DNA of 64,000 nucleotides from positions 62,001 to 126,000 of the forward strand of contig NZ_MWQY01000010.1 of NCBI RefSeq assembly GCF_002087085.1. Direction: 5' to 3'. Below are positions 27,716 to 39,082 of the stretch, piece after piece. The notes beneath the pieces were generated by a model. The model was not told where the DNA came from. It worked only from the letters and a program-made list of their open reading frames with translations, and searched no databases. A program made the position numbers and the translations under genes. Every line of letters starts with the position of its first letter. Position 1 is the stretch's first letter.

Positions 27716-29935
27716 ATGTCGGAGCGAGCTGAATACGCCGTTGAAGGAATGACTTGTGCAAGCTGCGTATTGAACGTGGAGAAGGCGCTTAAGAAGGTTC
27801 CGGGGGTTGAGACGGTCAGTGTCAACCTCTCGGACAAGAAGGCGGTAATCACCTACAAAGAAGGTGATGAGGCATCCTTCAAGAAAGCGGTTGCAAACGC
27901 GGGCTATAAACTCAACACCATGGAAGAGGCGGAAGAGAAGGAGCTGGAGCACCTCAAGAGGGAAAAACGTCGTCTTGTGATCGCCTGGGCCATTACCCTG
28001 CCTTTGAGCATCAAGATGCTGGCCCACATGCTCTTTGGAATTACCATCGGTGATCATACCGTATCTTTCGTAATCGACCTGGCCGCCGCCTTTCCGGTGG
28101 TATTCATAATCGGCTGGCCGGTTATCCGCACCACCCTGCTCTCCCTGAAAACCTTCAACTTCAACATGGACTCCCTGATCGGCATCGGAACCGTGGCGGC
28201 CTATTCCACAGGCATTCTGAAGCTCTTCGGCATCCAGATTGAAAACTTCGCCGTTGTCGGCGCAATGATCATGAGCATCAACTTTATCGGCAACTACCTC
28301 AAGGAGATGGCCACGGGAAGGGCCTCCCAGGCAATCAAACAGCTCCTGGAACTGGGGGCAAAAAGCGCTCACCGGCTGAACGAATCGGGGACCATCGAAG
28401 ATGTACCGGTGGAGGAGCTGGAGATCGGGGATATTGTCCTTGTGCGCCCCGGGGAGAAGGTCCCGGTGGATGGAGAGATCATCGACGGAGAAAGCTCCCT
28501 GGATGAATCCATCGCCACGGGAGAATCAATTCCGGTGGACAAGAAAACCGGAGACAAGGTTATCGGCGCCACGGTAAACCAGCAGGGGGCGATCAAGGTC
28601 CGCATAGAAAAGGTGGGTAAAGAGACCTTCCTGGCCCGGATCATCAAGATGGTGGAGGATGCCCAGGGCACCAAGGTCCCCATTCAGGCTTTCGCCGACA
28701 GGGTGACCGCCATCTTTGTTCCCATCGTTCTGGCCCTCTCCCTGGGGACCTTCCTCTTCTGGTTTTTTCTGCCGGAAACAGGGAACCAGATTCTCAGGAC
28801 CTTTCAGGATCTTATTCCCTGGATCAATCCCGGCCGGGGTATGCTATCCGCGGCCCTATTTGCGGCCATCGCCACCCTGGTAATCGCCTGTCCCTGCGCC
28901 CTTGGTCTGGCAACCCCCACCGCCCTGATGGTAGGTATGGGAAAGGGAGCCGTAAACGGGGTCCTGATACGGAACGGAGAAGCAATACAGACAGCCCAGA
29001 AGATCGATACGGTGGTATTTGACAAGACCGGTACCATCACCGTGGGAAAACCCGGCGTAAGGGTAATCAAAAGCGATCTGCCCGAAGATGAGTTCCTGCG
29101 CCTGGTGGCCTCAGTGGAGAACCTTTCGGAGCATCCCCTGGCCCGGGCGGTAGTTCAAGCCGCAGAGGAACGAAAGATAAGCCTCGCAGACTGCGACAGC
29201 TTCGAGTCCCTTACCGGCAGGGGAATCCGGGCTGAATTGGATACGCAGCGTGTTGAAGTGGGAAGCCTGAAGTTCTTTCAGGAGTCAGGTATCGAAACAT
29301 CCGCCTATGAAGGAAACATTCACGCCCTTCAGGCCGAGGGTTCAACGGTGATCCTGGCCGCCAGGGAGGGAACCCTGATCGGTATAGTCGGCATAGCCGA
29401 TGCCATAAAGCACGACTCCCGCCAGGCCCTGGCGGAGCTGCACAACATGGACATTACAACCGTCATGCTTACCGGGGACAACCGCAGGGCCGCCAGGGCC
29501 ATCGCCGGAGAGGTGGGCATAGACCGGGTGGAGGCGGAGCTTCTGCCGGAGGACAAGATAGAGATCGTCAGAAAACTCCAGGCTGAGGGAAAAACCGTCG
29601 CCATGGTGGGAGACGGCATCAACGACGCCCCGGCCCTGAAGCAGGCTGACGTGGGAATCGCCATAGGAACAGGGACTGACATCGCCATCGAATCGGCGGA
29701 CATAACCCTGGTCTCAGGCAGCCTGATGGGAGTGGTCAAGGCCATCCGGCTTTCCAGGGCCACCTTCCGGAAGATCATGCAGAACCTTTTCTGGGCCTTC
29801 TTCTACAATGTCATCGCCATTCCCCTGGCAGTTCTGGGGCTGCTCCACCCGGTTATAGCTGAGACCGCCATGGCCTTCAGCTCCATAAACGTGGTGGGAA
29901 ACTCCCTGCGGCTCAAAAGGGTTTCACTGGAATAG
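27716..29935 (+). CDS. copA: Cu(+)-translocating P1B-1 ATPase
   Basis: GMTCASC, TGES, CPC, DKTGT, HP, GDGIND, YN, MAFSS. Confidence 0.95.
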   Translation: MSERAEYAVEGMTCASCVLNVEKALKKVPGVETVSVNLSDKKAVITYKEGDEASFKKAVANAGYKLNTMEEAEEKELEHLKREKRRLVIAWAITLPLSIKMLAHMLFGITIGDHTVSFVIDLAAAFPVVFIIGWPVIRTTLLSLKTFNFNMDSLIGIGTVAAYSTGILKLFGIQIENFAVVGAMIMSINFIGNYLKEMATGRASQAIKQLLELGAKSAHRLNESGTIEDVPVEELEIGDIVLVRPGEKVPVDGEIIDGESSLDESIATGESIPVDKKTGDKVIGATVNQQGAIKVRIEKVGKETFLARIIKMVEDAQGTKVPIQAFADRVTAIFVPIVLALSLGTFLFWFFLPETGNQILRTFQDLIPWINPGRGMLSAALFAAIATLVIACPCALGLATPTALMVGMGKGAVNGVLIRNGEAIQTAQKIDTVVFDKTGTITVGKPGVRVIKSDLPEDEFLRLVASVENLSEHPLARAVVQAAEERKISLADCDSFESLTGRGIRAELDTQRVEVGSLKFFQESGIETSAYEGNIHALQAEGSTVILAAREGTLIGIVGIADAIKHDSRQALAELHNMDITTVMLTGDNRRAARAIAGEVGIDRVEAELLPEDKIEIVRKLQAEGKTVAMVGDGINDAPALKQADVGIAIGTGTDIAIESADITLVSGSLMGVVKAIRLSRATFRKIMQNLFWAFFYNVIAIPLAVLGLLHPVIAETAMAFSSINVVGNSLRLKRVSLE

Positions 29936-29966
29936 CGCATACCGAATCGGAACAAAGCTGCCGTCT

Positions 29967-31403
29967 TCAGGCGGGGGTAAAGGTCTCGATATCTCCCCCC
30001 GCCCCGATGAGATCGCGCCCTTCCTGCAGATTCTTCAGATCCCCCGATGCAATAGCCTGAAGCATGATGTTTCCCAGAGCTGTCGCCTCCACCGGCCCGG
30101 CGCTTACCGGGATTCCGGCGACGTCCGCCGTCAGCTGATTCAAAAAGCGATTCTGGCAGCCCCCGCCGATGATGTGCAGGGTATGAATGTCTCTGCCCGA
30201 GACTCCGGAGATCTCTTCCAGGCTCCGGCCATAGGCGGCCGCGAGGCCCCGGAAGATTCCCCGGGCGAATTCGGCGGGGGTTTGAGGAGCGGGCTGTCCG
30301 GTCTCGGCGCAGTACTCGAGGATTCTTCCCGGCATGGTATCATCCGCTCGACCGGGCTTCAGAAAGCGAGGATCATTCACGTTCAGCTCGTATTCACGGT
30401 TCTTTGCTTCCGCGGCCTCCCGGGCCAGGACGCTGTAATCAATACCAGCGCCCTCAGCTTCCCAGCTTCGCCGGCACTCCTGCAGAATCCAGAGCCCCAT
30501 GATATTCTTCAGGAACCTGATTCCCCCATCGGCGGCACCTTCGTTGGTTATATTCGCTCCAAGGCTACGGGGACTGATTATCGCCTCCGGGCTTTCTATT
30601 CCGAGGAGCGACCAGGTTCCGGAACTCAAATAGGCGCTCTCCTCCCCGGGTCGGGAGGGAACCGCCGCCACCGCGGAGGCTGTATCATGGCAGGCCACGG
30701 CGGTGACGAGGATCTGGTGCTCCGCGCCGATCTCCCTTGCAAGGTCCGGCCGCAGGGGACCCAGTACGGTGCCGGGCATTACAACATCTGTAAAGAGGGA
30801 AGGTTGAAGCTTCAGAGCCTCAAAAATTGGACGGGACCAGCAGCGCTTAACCGGGTTGTAAAGTTGACTGGTGGTGGCGATGGAGTATTCGTTGGCCATG
30901 ATGCCGGAGAGCCAGTAGTTGAGGAGGTCCGGTATCATAAGTACCCGTTCTGCCCTCTCAAGACCTTCCCGGTTCTGTTCCACCTCCGCGGCAAGCTGGA
31001 AAAGGGTATTGATCTGCATGAACTGGATGCCCGTTTCGGAGTAGATCTTCTCTCTGCTTATACGGGAAAAGACCTCATCCATCATGCCGTCTGTCCGGTC
31101 GTCCCGGTAATGAACGGGATTGGCCATCAGCCTGCCCCGGGAATCGATGAGCCCGTAATCCACCCCCCAGGTATCCACCCCGATGCTGACAATCTCCCTG
31201 CCATAGCTGGACAACGCCTTTGCAAGGCCCTGCTTGATCTGCTCGAAGATGTAGAGAATATCCCAGTAGAGGGTCCCCTGAATCCGTGTGTTCCGGCTTG
31301 GAAAACGGCTGATCACCTCAAAATCCAGCCCATTATCAAGTTGACCTACAATGACCCTGCCGCTTTCCGCCCCCAGATCAACAGCCACATATCGTCGCAT
31401 CAT
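29967..31403 (-). CDS. rhaB: Rhamnulokinase
   Basis: AVDLGAESGR, DTWGVD, HDTASA, SSGTWSL, KNIMGLW, EATALGN. Confidence 0.92.
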   Translation of the reverse strand: MMRRYVAVDLGAESGRVIVGQLDNGLDFEVISRFPSRNTRIQGTLYWDILYIFEQIKQGLAKALSSYGREIVSIGVDTWGVDYGLIDSRGRLMANPVHYRDDRTDGMMDEVFSRISREKIYSETGIQFMQINTLFQLAAEVEQNREGLERAERVLMIPDLLNYWLSGIMANEYSIATTSQLYNPVKRCWSRPIFEALKLQPSLFTDVVMPGTVLGPLRPDLAREIGAEHQILVTAVACHDTASAVAAVPSRPGEESAYLSSGTWSLLGIESPEAIISPRSLGANITNEGAADGGIRFLKNIMGLWILQECRRSWEAEGAGIDYSVLAREAAEAKNREYELNVNDPRFLKPGRADDTMPGRILEYCAETGQPAPQTPAEFARGIFRGLAAAYGRSLEEISGVSGRDIHTLHIIGGGCQNRFLNQLTADVAGIPVSAGPVEATALGNIMLQAIASGDLKNLQEGRDLIGAGGDIETFTPA

Positions 31404-31414
31404 ACCTGCCCCCT

Positions 31415-32512
31415 TTAGCCGCCGCTCACGCTGCTGCGGTACTGTTCGACCTCCCAGTTGCGGATAAAATCTATCTTGTCCCGGGGCATGAACCTGTGTC
31501 CGCCGAAGCTCTCCGTATAGACGGCGATCTTTACTCCGTCCAGAAAAACCTCCCTCGCAAGTTCCGCGGCTCTGGCCGTGGATCCCAGGCCGAAGATTCC
31601 TGCCCCTCTGACCGCGAGAATCTTTGCCGGGGCGCCGAAAGTTGCAGCATGTTCCCTGTAGGCATCCGCTATTTCCTCGGCCCCTTCACAGTAGAGCGGC
31701 TTGAAACCGCAGTAGACTATGTGGTCAGGGGTAAAGGAGAGGGAGAGGGGTTCAAAGGATTCGGAATCCTGAAGATAGGCCTCCAGGTCCGCATTCAGCG
31801 CCCCGGCGGCCTTCAATTCAGCATCCCCGGATACCATGTCCGCGACAGCATCTTCGCTCAAGGCGGAGGGTACGGTAAAGTCCCTGACGGGAAAACGCTT
31901 CAAGCGACTCGTCAGAGCGGAAACTACCTTATCGTAAACAGCGTCGATCGCTGCCAGGGTATCAGCCTGGATAAAGACCCCGTGATTCTGCAGGAAAATA
32001 ATACTGTCTCCGCCGCCCCCGGCCCGGTGCTTTTCCAGCATATCGTTGATGGTTCGGGCAAGAATGTAGCCGGGATTTACCACCGGAACCCAGAGGGCTT
32101 CGGTTCCGAAGAGTTCTTCTGCGATCTCCGGGCCCAGAACCGAACAGGTAAGACCGTTCACCAGGGCGGGATGGGTATGCACGACGTATTTATAGGGAAG
32201 GAGGGCATGAAGCAGCGTCTCAACGCTGGGACGCCGGGACTCCCCGGGCACCCGGGCGTTCATGAGGTCTTCCAGGGCCATGGCCTCCCTGGCCGCGCTC
32301 TGTTCGGGGTACTGACGCTTCATTATTTCTTTGAGCCCTGGAAGGTCCATTTTGACGAAGTCCCCGGGGCCGATGTCCGCCATACTTGTTCCGGAGGGCT
32401 TAACGAACATCACTTCTCCGTCCTTGAAAGAGGTGTTCCCTCCCCCGGCCAGGACAAAATCCTTGTCGCCCCCGTAACGGTTCGTAATTTCTGTCAGATC
32501 CTTTATACCCAC
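31415..32512 (-). CDS. Class II aldolase (probable rhamnulose-1-phosphate aldolase, RhaEW N-terminal type)
   Basis: GGGNTS, RPSVET.LH, HTHP, LQNHG, FTPDHIVY. Confidence 0.8.
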   Translation of the reverse strand: MGIKDLTEITNRYGGDKDFVLAGGGNTSFKDGEVMFVKPSGTSMADIGPGDFVKMDLPGLKEIMKRQYPEQSAAREAMALEDLMNARVPGESRRPSVETLLHALLPYKYVVHTHPALVNGLTCSVLGPEIAEELFGTEALWVPVVNPGYILARTINDMLEKHRAGGGGDSIIFLQNHGVFIQADTLAAIDAVYDKVVSALTSRLKRFPVRDFTVPSALSEDAVADMVSGDAELKAAGALNADLEAYLQDSESFEPLSLSFTPDHIVYCGFKPLYCEGAEEIADAYREHAATFGAPAKILAVRGAGIFGLGSTARAAELAREVFLDGVKIAVYTESFGGHRFMPRDKIDFIRNWEVEQYRSSVSGG

Positions 32513-32517
32513 CTGGC

Positions 32518-33771
32518 TTACCCCCGTCTGCTCAGGACATCGCGTTCGTAATCTGCAACCTGCTTCATGTAGTCCGCCTCAAGGGGAACATCGTTCATTT
32601 CGCAGAAACGGTCCCAGACATCCCCCAGGGGCATGGTTTTCAGCCGTTCCGACAGGGCCATGCGCCCGATGAAATTTCCCGCCTCCTCCAGACGGACAAG
32701 CTCCTCAGCAGGCTCCAGGTAGGCCGCGAGCCAGGCTTTCAGAGCGCTCCTGGCACCCACGGCGTATGCCCCGATACGGTTAACCGAGGCATCGAAAAAG
32801 TCCAGGCCCACGTAAATACTCTTTCCCGCCGCGGCCCGGGCGACTTCGTGGGCCATGAAATAGAGATCATCGTTCAATACCACGATGTGATCGGAATCCC
32901 AGCGCATGGGCCGGGAGACATGAAGCAGCAGGGTATCCTTGAACTGCAGGATTGCGGAAACCTTGTCGGCCACAAGCTCCGTGGGATGGAAATGGCCCAT
33001 GTCGAGACAGATCATCTTGTCCCTGCTCATGGCATAGGCCAGATAGAAATCATGGGATCCGACGACAAAGGCCTCGCTGCCGATTCCGAAAAGCTTCGAT
33101 TCCAGGGCATCCAGGACCTCGGATTCCGGATAACCTGTCTCGAAGATCCTGTCCAAAGAGCGGGTAAGAATGCCTCGGTAGCCGAAGCGGTCCGCCGGGT
33201 AGTCCTTCATTCCGTCGGGAATCCATATGTTGTGCACCGCGGGGCTGCCCTGTTCCCGTCCCATGTAGGCGGAGATTTCCCGGCACCGCTGGACATGGGC
33301 GATCCAGAAATCCCGGATTCCCTTGTCCTTGCTGGAGAGGGTAAACCCGTCATCCGCCAGCCTGTGGGAGAACATGGTGCAGTTGAAATCGAGCTGGAGG
33401 CCCTGCTCTTTGGCCCAGGAGACCCAGGAGCTGAAATACTCAGGTTCGATGCTGTCCCGGTCCACGGCCCTTCCGCCGAAATCACCGTAGCTGGCGTGCA
33501 GGTTGAGACGCTTTTTTCCCGGGATCAGCTTCATTGCGGTCTCGATATCGGCCCTGAGTTCCGAAAGGTTACGGGCTTTTCCGGGGTAATTTCCCGTGGC
33601 CTGGATACCCCCGCCGGAGAGTTCTCCCCCCGCCGACTCGAAACCGCCCACATCATCGGCCTGCCAGCAGTGAAGACTCAAGGAAAAATCAGCGAGCCGC
33701 TTAAGGGCTGCTTCAGTGTCAACGCCGATCTCGGCGTACCTGGTTTTTGCATCAGTGTATCTGTCCGCCAT
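32518..33771 (-). CDS. rhaA: L-rhamnose isomerase
   Basis: SLHCWQADDV, TGNYPGKAR, ESKLFGIG, GHFHPTE, RWDSDH, LDFFDAS. Confidence 0.96.
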   Translation of the reverse strand: MADRYTDAKTRYAEIGVDTEAALKRLADFSLSLHCWQADDVGGFESAGGELSGGGIQATGNYPGKARNLSELRADIETAMKLIPGKKRLNLHASYGDFGGRAVDRDSIEPEYFSSWVSWAKEQGLQLDFNCTMFSHRLADDGFTLSSKDKGIRDFWIAHVQRCREISAYMGREQGSPAVHNIWIPDGMKDYPADRFGYRGILTRSLDRIFETGYPESEVLDALESKLFGIGSEAFVVGSHDFYLAYAMSRDKMICLDMGHFHPTELVADKVSAILQFKDTLLLHVSRPMRWDSDHIVVLNDDLYFMAHEVARAAAGKSIYVGLDFFDASVNRIGAYAVGARSALKAWLAAYLEPAEELVRLEEAGNFIGRMALSERLKTMPLGDVWDRFCEMNDVPLEADYMKQVADYERDVLSRRG

Positions 33772-33852
33772 ATTGACTCCTAACTCATCAGATCCCGCTC
33801 TGCTGCGGTATTCTTTATGGTATGCCGCGGAAGAACCGCAGACTTTGTGTAT

Positions 33853-34170
33853 CTAAGGAAGATGAAACATCTCCTCCAGAGGAACGGAGACCGGGGATTC
33901 GTCGGGGTTGACCTCCATAAGCTCCGCCATGTAGTGCCACCACTTACGGACCACAGGCATATCGCCAAGGGACTGGGAGCCCCCTCCTTCCCGCACCTTC
34001 TGTACCGCAAAGAGGATATTCGTCTCTTCATCCAGGAAGATGTAATAGTCGTAGACCCCGTTCTCCTTCAGGAGCGCCGTAAGTTCGGGCCATAGTTCTT
34101 TATGCCGCCTTCGGTACTCCTCTTTTTTGCCGGGTTTCAGTTTCATCTTGAAAGCTATTGTTTTGTCCAT
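33853..34170 (-). CDS. rhaM: L-rhamnose mutarotase
   Basis: AFKMKL, EY.RRH..WPEL, KWW.YM, EMFHL. Confidence 0.93.
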   Translation of the reverse strand: MDKTIAFKMKLKPGKKEEYRRRHKELWPELTALLKENGVYDYYIFLDEETNILFAVQKVREGGGSQSLGDMPVVRKWWHYMAELMEVNPDESPVSVPLEEMFHLP

Positions 34171-34189
34171 TCAAACTCCCAGGGCGCCA

Positions 34190-35215
34190 TTAATAATTCA
34201 GTTTTCGCCGCGCCCGGAACTGTTCCAGCAGCATGGGTAGCAGTACCGCAACAACCAGCAGAAGTCCCGTGGTAATGATCATGATCTTGCCGGAAATATT
34301 CAGAAGCCCCATTCCGAACTTGAGGTAGCCCAGCAGAAAGATGGAAACGATAACGCCGAAGATATTCCCCTTGCCGCCGCTTATGGAGACACCACCGAGA
34401 ACAACCAGGGTTATCACCTCCATGTCCCATCCGAAGGCTATGTTGGGGCGGGTTGAGCCGATTCTGGAGGTCAGCATTACCGCCGCGATGCCGCAAAACA
34501 GGCCGTTCAAAACAAAGTTGATAAAGCGTATCCGCTGCACGTTGACTCCGCTGAATCTGGCCGCGCTTTTGGAGTTCCCCAGGGCGTATACCTTCCGCCC
34601 ATAGGAGCTTTGGTGGAGTACGAACCACATAATCAGGGCCAGAAAAAGGAAGAGCACCAGTTCGAAGGGTATGATTGTGTCCCCCACAAAGCCCTGTCCG
34701 AAATACCCGAAGGATTCAGGATAACTGGTGTAGGCCTGATCTCCCAGAAATGCCTGGGGGATGCCTCGAAAAAGGGACTGGGTGGCCAGGGTAACCGCAA
34801 TGGCCGGCATTCCCACATAGGAGACGAAGAAGCCGTTAAAGGCCCCGGCCAGGACTCCGACCAGGATACCGGTAAGTATCAGCTGAGGTACGGAAGCACC
34901 CGCTTCACTGGCTGCTCCCAGGGCAAAAGAGGACAGGGCAATAATGGAAGCCACGGAAATATCGATATCGCCGCTCATGATCACCAGAATCATGGGAAGA
35001 GCTACAACGGCCTTCTCCATGAAGGTAAAGTTGGCGTTCATCAGGTTAAAGGAGTCAAGGAAATAGGGAGTCAAACTGGAAAAGAGGACTCCCTGGAACA
35101 GGAAAATCACACACAGGAGTACTTCCCACTTTGTAAAGAAAATAATCAGTTTCTCCTTGAGGGGCCGGGTGTCGTTCAGCCGGGAAGCGGCTTGACCTGA
35201 GTTCCTGGGATTCAT
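34190..35215 (-). CDS. rhaQ: Rhamnose ABC transporter permease
   Basis: DIDISV, AARFSGV, VVLGGVSI.GG. Confidence 0.85.
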   Translation of the reverse strand: MNPRNSGQAASRLNDTRPLKEKLIIFFTKWEVLLCVIFLFQGVLFSSLTPYFLDSFNLMNANFTFMEKAVVALPMILVIMSGDIDISVASIIALSSFALGAASEAGASVPQLILTGILVGVLAGAFNGFFVSYVGMPAIAVTLATQSLFRGIPQAFLGDQAYTSYPESFGYFGQGFVGDTIIPFELVLFLFLALIMWFVLHQSSYGRKVYALGNSKSAARFSGVNVQRIRFINFVLNGLFCGIAAVMLTSRIGSTRPNIAFGWDMEVITLVVLGGVSISGGKGNIFGVIVSIFLLGYLKFGMGLLNISGKIMIITTGLLLVVAVLLPMLLEQFRARRKLNY

Positions 35216-36189
35216 TATTGGCGTCTCCTGTTGAGAAGCAGTTTTTGATTTCGTTTATCCATCAGCGTGTTGATAAACATGGCCGTCAGTACGACAAAGC
35301 CCTGGATAAACATCTGAAAGAAGGGAGAGAGGTTTATGACCGGCAGGGCGTTGTTGATTATCCCCAGGAAAAGCGCCCCCAGAATAACCCCTGGTATTGC
35401 GCCGGAACCTCCGGCGATGCTGACTCCCCCCAGGACACAGGCGGCCACGGTCTGTAGTTCGAATCCGGTAGCGGTCTCGTTAACGGCGGCGGCATACCTG
35501 GCTGTCCACATGACACCCGCAAGACCGCAGAGGAGTCCGCTGATGGAAAAAATGCTGAAGTTTATTTTTTCTTCCTTGACCCCGACAAACCGGGCTGCCG
35601 TTTTATTGCCCCCGATGGCATAAACCTCCCGTCCGGTCCGGGTATAGCGGCTGAAATAGTAAGTTGCCATGGAGACAAGCAGGGCCCACCAGATCAGGTT
35701 GGTTATCCCGAGGAAGTCGCCGTGGGGAAGATCCATATAACTTTGCGTCATTTCATGGGCGGTTACCCACTGGCCCTTACTCAGAACAAAGGTAAAACCC
35801 CGAAATACGCTCATGGTTCCGAGGGTAGTAATGATGGGCGGCACCTTTCCAAAGGCCACGATGGCACCGTTGATCATACCCAGGATGAGTCCGATGAGGA
35901 CTCCAATGAGCAGGACAAGACCCACGGGGAGACCGGGATAGTACTGGTTGAGCATTCCTGTGGCCATGCCGGAGAAGGCGATTATGGACCCCACGGACAG
36001 ATCGATGCCTCCGGAGAGGATTACGAAGAACTGTCCGATGGCGACGATAATCAGAATGGAGGTGTCATTTATGATGCGCTGAATATTATCGCCTCCGATA
36101 AAACCCGGCGAGCGCAGGGTTACGACAAACATAAGCAGGGCGATAAAAACAATAAGATTAAACTCCCGGGTACGCAGGAAACGTTTCAT
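35215..36189 (-). CDS. rhaP: Rhamnose ABC transporter permease
   Basis: GIDLSVGS, YAIGGN, GFELQTVAAC. Confidence 0.85.
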   Translation of the reverse strand: MKRFLRTREFNLIVFIALLMFVVTLRSPGFIGGDNIQRIINDTSILIIVAIGQFFVILSGGIDLSVGSIIAFSGMATGMLNQYYPGLPVGLVLLIGVLIGLILGMINGAIVAFGKVPPIITTLGTMSVFRGFTFVLSKGQWVTAHEMTQSYMDLPHGDFLGITNLIWWALLVSMATYYFSRYTRTGREVYAIGGNKTAARFVGVKEEKINFSIFSISGLLCGLAGVMWTARYAAAVNETATGFELQTVAACVLGGVSIAGGSGAIPGVILGALFLGIINNALPVINLSPFFQMFIQGFVVLTAMFINTLMDKRNQKLLLNRRRQ

Positions 36190-37706
36190 GATGCAGCACC
36201 TCCGGCACCGGTAACAACGGCGGTTGCGGCCCGGATAATCTTTTCCGAGTCTGCCTCGTCCCTAGTAAATTCCTGCGTAATGCGTCCTTCATGCATGACG
36301 ATAATCCGATCGGCCATACCAAGCACCTCCGGCAGTTCTGAGGAGACGAGGATAACCCCCAGCCCCTCCGCGGCCAGATCGGAAACGAATTTGTGTACCG
36401 CAGCCTTGGTTCCCACGTCGATTCCCTTGGTCGGTTCATCCAGGATGAGAATGGCCGGCCGGGTGGCAAGCCACTTGGCAAGCACGACTTTCTGCTGGTT
36501 TCCACCGGAGAGGGTGTTTGCGTTTACATTCCAGCCGGAGGAACGGATTTCCATCATACTGCCGTACTCCTGGGCAATGGAACGCTCTCTCCTTCGGTCG
36601 ATCCGTCCCCAGGGGCTTATGCTGTCGAGCTGCGGCAGGGTGATGTTCTTACTCAGATCCATATCCAGGATGACTCCCTGGGTCTGGCGGTCCTCGGGAA
36701 CATAGGCGATGCCCAGATTGATCGCGTCCTTCGGGTTCCGTATGTGAACAGGCCTGCCGTTCACGCTTACCGATCCCTTATGCAGGTGTTCAATTCCGAA
36801 TATGCTGCGCATAACCTCCGTCCGTCCCGATCCGATCAGTCCGAAGAACCCCAGGATCTCACCTTTATGCAGATCGAAGGAGATATCCTTGAAAAAACCG
36901 GGTTGAGAGATATTCCGCACTTCCAGTATCTTTTCACCGATTTCCGCCTGGCTTTTCGGAAACATCTGATCCAGACTGCGGCCCACCATCATGGTAACGA
37001 TCCTGTCCACGGAGGTTTCGCTGACTTTTCCTTCGCCGATATACCTGCCATCCCGGAGAACTGTAAAGTAATCGGCGATCTCGGTAATCTCATCGAATTT
37101 GTGGCTGATAAAGATGATCGCCTTTCCCTCTTCCCGCAGCCTGCGGATTATTTTATACAGGTCCTCAACCTCCCGCAGGGTCAAAGCTGAGGTCGGTTCG
37201 TCCATGATTACAACCCGGGCATCGATGGAGAGGGCCTTTGCAATCTCCACCATGTGGCGCTGGGCAACACCCAGATTCCTGATCAGCGTGTCCGGATGAA
37301 GGTCCAGGTCTATCTGTTCCAGCAGGACCGATGTCTTTTTCCGCATACCCCGCCAGTCGAGGTTTCTCAACCCGCCGCCGGCTTTTAGATGGTGGCCCAT
37401 GAAGATGTTTTCCGCGATGCTCAGTTCGGGAAACATCGAGGCTTCCTGATGAATGGCGGTTATTCCCGCCGCCTGGGCCTCGAGGGCGTTTCTTAACTGC
37501 ATCTCCCGGCCCTGGTAGAGTATCTGTCCGGCCGTGGGTTCATGCACACCGGTAAGAATCTTTACCAGGGTGGATTTACCCGCGCCGTTCTCTCCGATCA
37601 GTGCGTGTACCTCTCCGGGACGAATGTTCAAATCCACGCCGTCAAGGGCCTTTATTCCGGGAAAGTACTTTGTGATTCCCCGGAGTTCCAGAATTGTTTC
37701 CGTCAT
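36186..37706 (-). CDS. rhaT: Rhamnose ABC transporter ATP-binding protein (CUT2 family)
   Basis: GENGAGKST, DEPT, LSGGNQQK. Confidence 0.88.
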   Translation of the reverse strand: MTETILELRGITKYFPGIKALDGVDLNIRPGEVHALIGENGAGKSTLVKILTGVHEPTAGQILYQGREMQLRNALEAQAAGITAIHQEASMFPELSIAENIFMGHHLKAGGGLRNLDWRGMRKKTSVLLEQIDLDLHPDTLIRNLGVAQRHMVEIAKALSIDARVVIMDEPTSALTLREVEDLYKIIRRLREEGKAIIFISHKFDEITEIADYFTVLRDGRYIGEGKVSETSVDRIVTMMVGRSLDQMFPKSQAEIGEKILEVRNISQPGFFKDISFDLHKGEILGFFGLIGSGRTEVMRSIFGIEHLHKGSVSVNGRPVHIRNPKDAINLGIAYVPEDRQTQGVILDMDLSKNITLPQLDSISPWGRIDRRRERSIAQEYGSMMEIRSSGWNVNANTLSGGNQQKVVLAKWLATRPAILILDEPTKGIDVGTKAAVHKFVSDLAAEGLGVILVSSELPEVLGMADRIIVMHEGRITQEFTRDEADSEKIIRAATAVVTGAGGAAS

Positions 37707-37776
37707 AAGCTCATTCTCCTCTGACAGCTCAGCGGCGGAAAGTCTTTTGCCTTCATCTCTGGTCCTTTTTTGAAGA

Positions 37777-37821
37777 TACGGAGACCGGTATTCCCTGTAC
37801 CGGAGAATACCGATCCCGTAT
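37777..37821. other. Intergenic hairpin after rhaS
   Basis: ATACGGAGACCGGTATTC...GAATACCGATCCCGTAT, imperfect stem. Confidence 0.5.
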
Positions 37822-37860
37822 CACCTTGTATTTCTGAAAGATTATCAGCAGTGGTATTGA

Positions 37861-38877
37861 TCAGAACATTGCAGCGTAGGCGGCAATATTGTCCTTGTTG
37901 AAGACGAAGGGTTCACCCATGATGGTGTTTCCGTCTTTACCGATGGTGATATTGCCCATTCTGCCGGCAACGAGCTCATCGCCTGCTTTTCCCTCTATCT
38001 TGCCGCTTACCAGGGCTTCAAGAATGTAGGTTGAGGTGTAGCCAAGGTCTACAGGATTCCAGAGAGCCATCTGTCCGCAGGTGCCGTTTTCCACATAGTG
38101 CTGCATCTCCGAGGGGAGACCGAGACCGGTCAGCTGAACCGTTCCCTTCTTGCCTTCATCCTCAATGGCCTTGGCAGCGGAAAGAACGCCCACGGTGGTG
38201 GGAGAAATGATACCGGCCAGGTTCGGGTATTTCTGCATAAGGCCCACGGCCTCACGGTAGCTCTTGTCTGCCTGGTCGTCGCCATAAACCACCTCCACAA
38301 GATCCATGTTCTTGTATTCGGGCAGCTTGATCTCTTCCTTCATCCACTCGATCCAGGTGTTCTGGTTGGTAGCCTGGCTGGTGGCGGACAGAACGGCGAC
38401 CTGACCTTCATAATCACAGAGCTGGGCAATCAGCTTGACCTGCTGGCGTCCGATGAGTTCAGCTTCCGAGGGTGCGAGATCGACCATCCGTCCCCCTGCG
38501 GCGATACCGGAATCGAAGGATATAACCTTGATGCCGGCTTTCATTGCCTTTTTGCAGACAGGGACAAGGGCATCCCTGTCGTTGGCGGAAATCGCGATAC
38601 CGTCGACCTTCTGGGCAATCAGGGTCTCAATGATTTCAATCTGTCCTTCCGCTGTGGGGTTCGAAGGTCCCATGTAAATGGATTCAACGTTGCCAAGCTC
38701 ATTGGCAGCTTCCTTTCCGCCGTCGGCGCAGGCTTCAAAGAAGCCGTTTCCAAGGCTCTTGACCAGCAGAACAAGCTTGAGGTTTCCGGAATCCTCTGTT
38801 TCGCCCTGTCCGCCGGCAAAAACCGTAACGGAAGCGAGGAACAGCAGTGCTAAGGTAAGAATCAATCCTTTTTTCAT
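37861..38877 (-). CDS. rhaS: Rhamnose ABC transporter substrate-binding protein
   Basis: VKSLGNGFF, TAEGQIEII, ATNQN.WI, YGDD, TGLGLPSEM, LWNP.DLGY. Confidence 0.9.
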   Translation of the reverse strand: MKKGLILTLALLFLASVTVFAGGQGETEDSGNLKLVLLVKSLGNGFFEACADGGKEAANELGNVESIYMGPSNPTAEGQIEIIETLIAQKVDGIAISANDRDALVPVCKKAMKAGIKVISFDSGIAAGGRMVDLAPSEAELIGRQQVKLIAQLCDYEGQVAVLSATSQATNQNTWIEWMKEEIKLPEYKNMDLVEVVYGDDQADKSYREAVGLMQKYPNLAGIISPTTVGVLSAAKAIEDEGKKGTVQLTGLGLPSEMQHYVENGTCGQMALWNPVDLGYTSTYILEALVSGKIEGKAGDELVAGRMGNITIGKDGNTIMGEPFVFNKDNIAAYAAMF

Positions 38878-39082
38878 TTCTTCCTCCTGTTTTGTTTGAT
38901 TCTGATGAATTTTAACACCCTTCCCGGCAGACCAGTTAGGACGCGATTCTACAAAGATGTACCATTTTCTATACTTCCGGTTTACCTGAAAAGAAAAAAT
39001 GAGAAAATCACCGGTGTATTTTCAGGCAGCGGAGGCGGACTTTTTGATTGAGGGAAAAGGGAAATGGCTTTACCATATTCCT

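Noticed and set aside
38947..39026. Response-regulator binding sites (TTCTA repeats 20 bp apart; CCTGAAAA/TTTTCAGG)
   Set aside because: Too short to distinguish from chance in an AT-rich spacer
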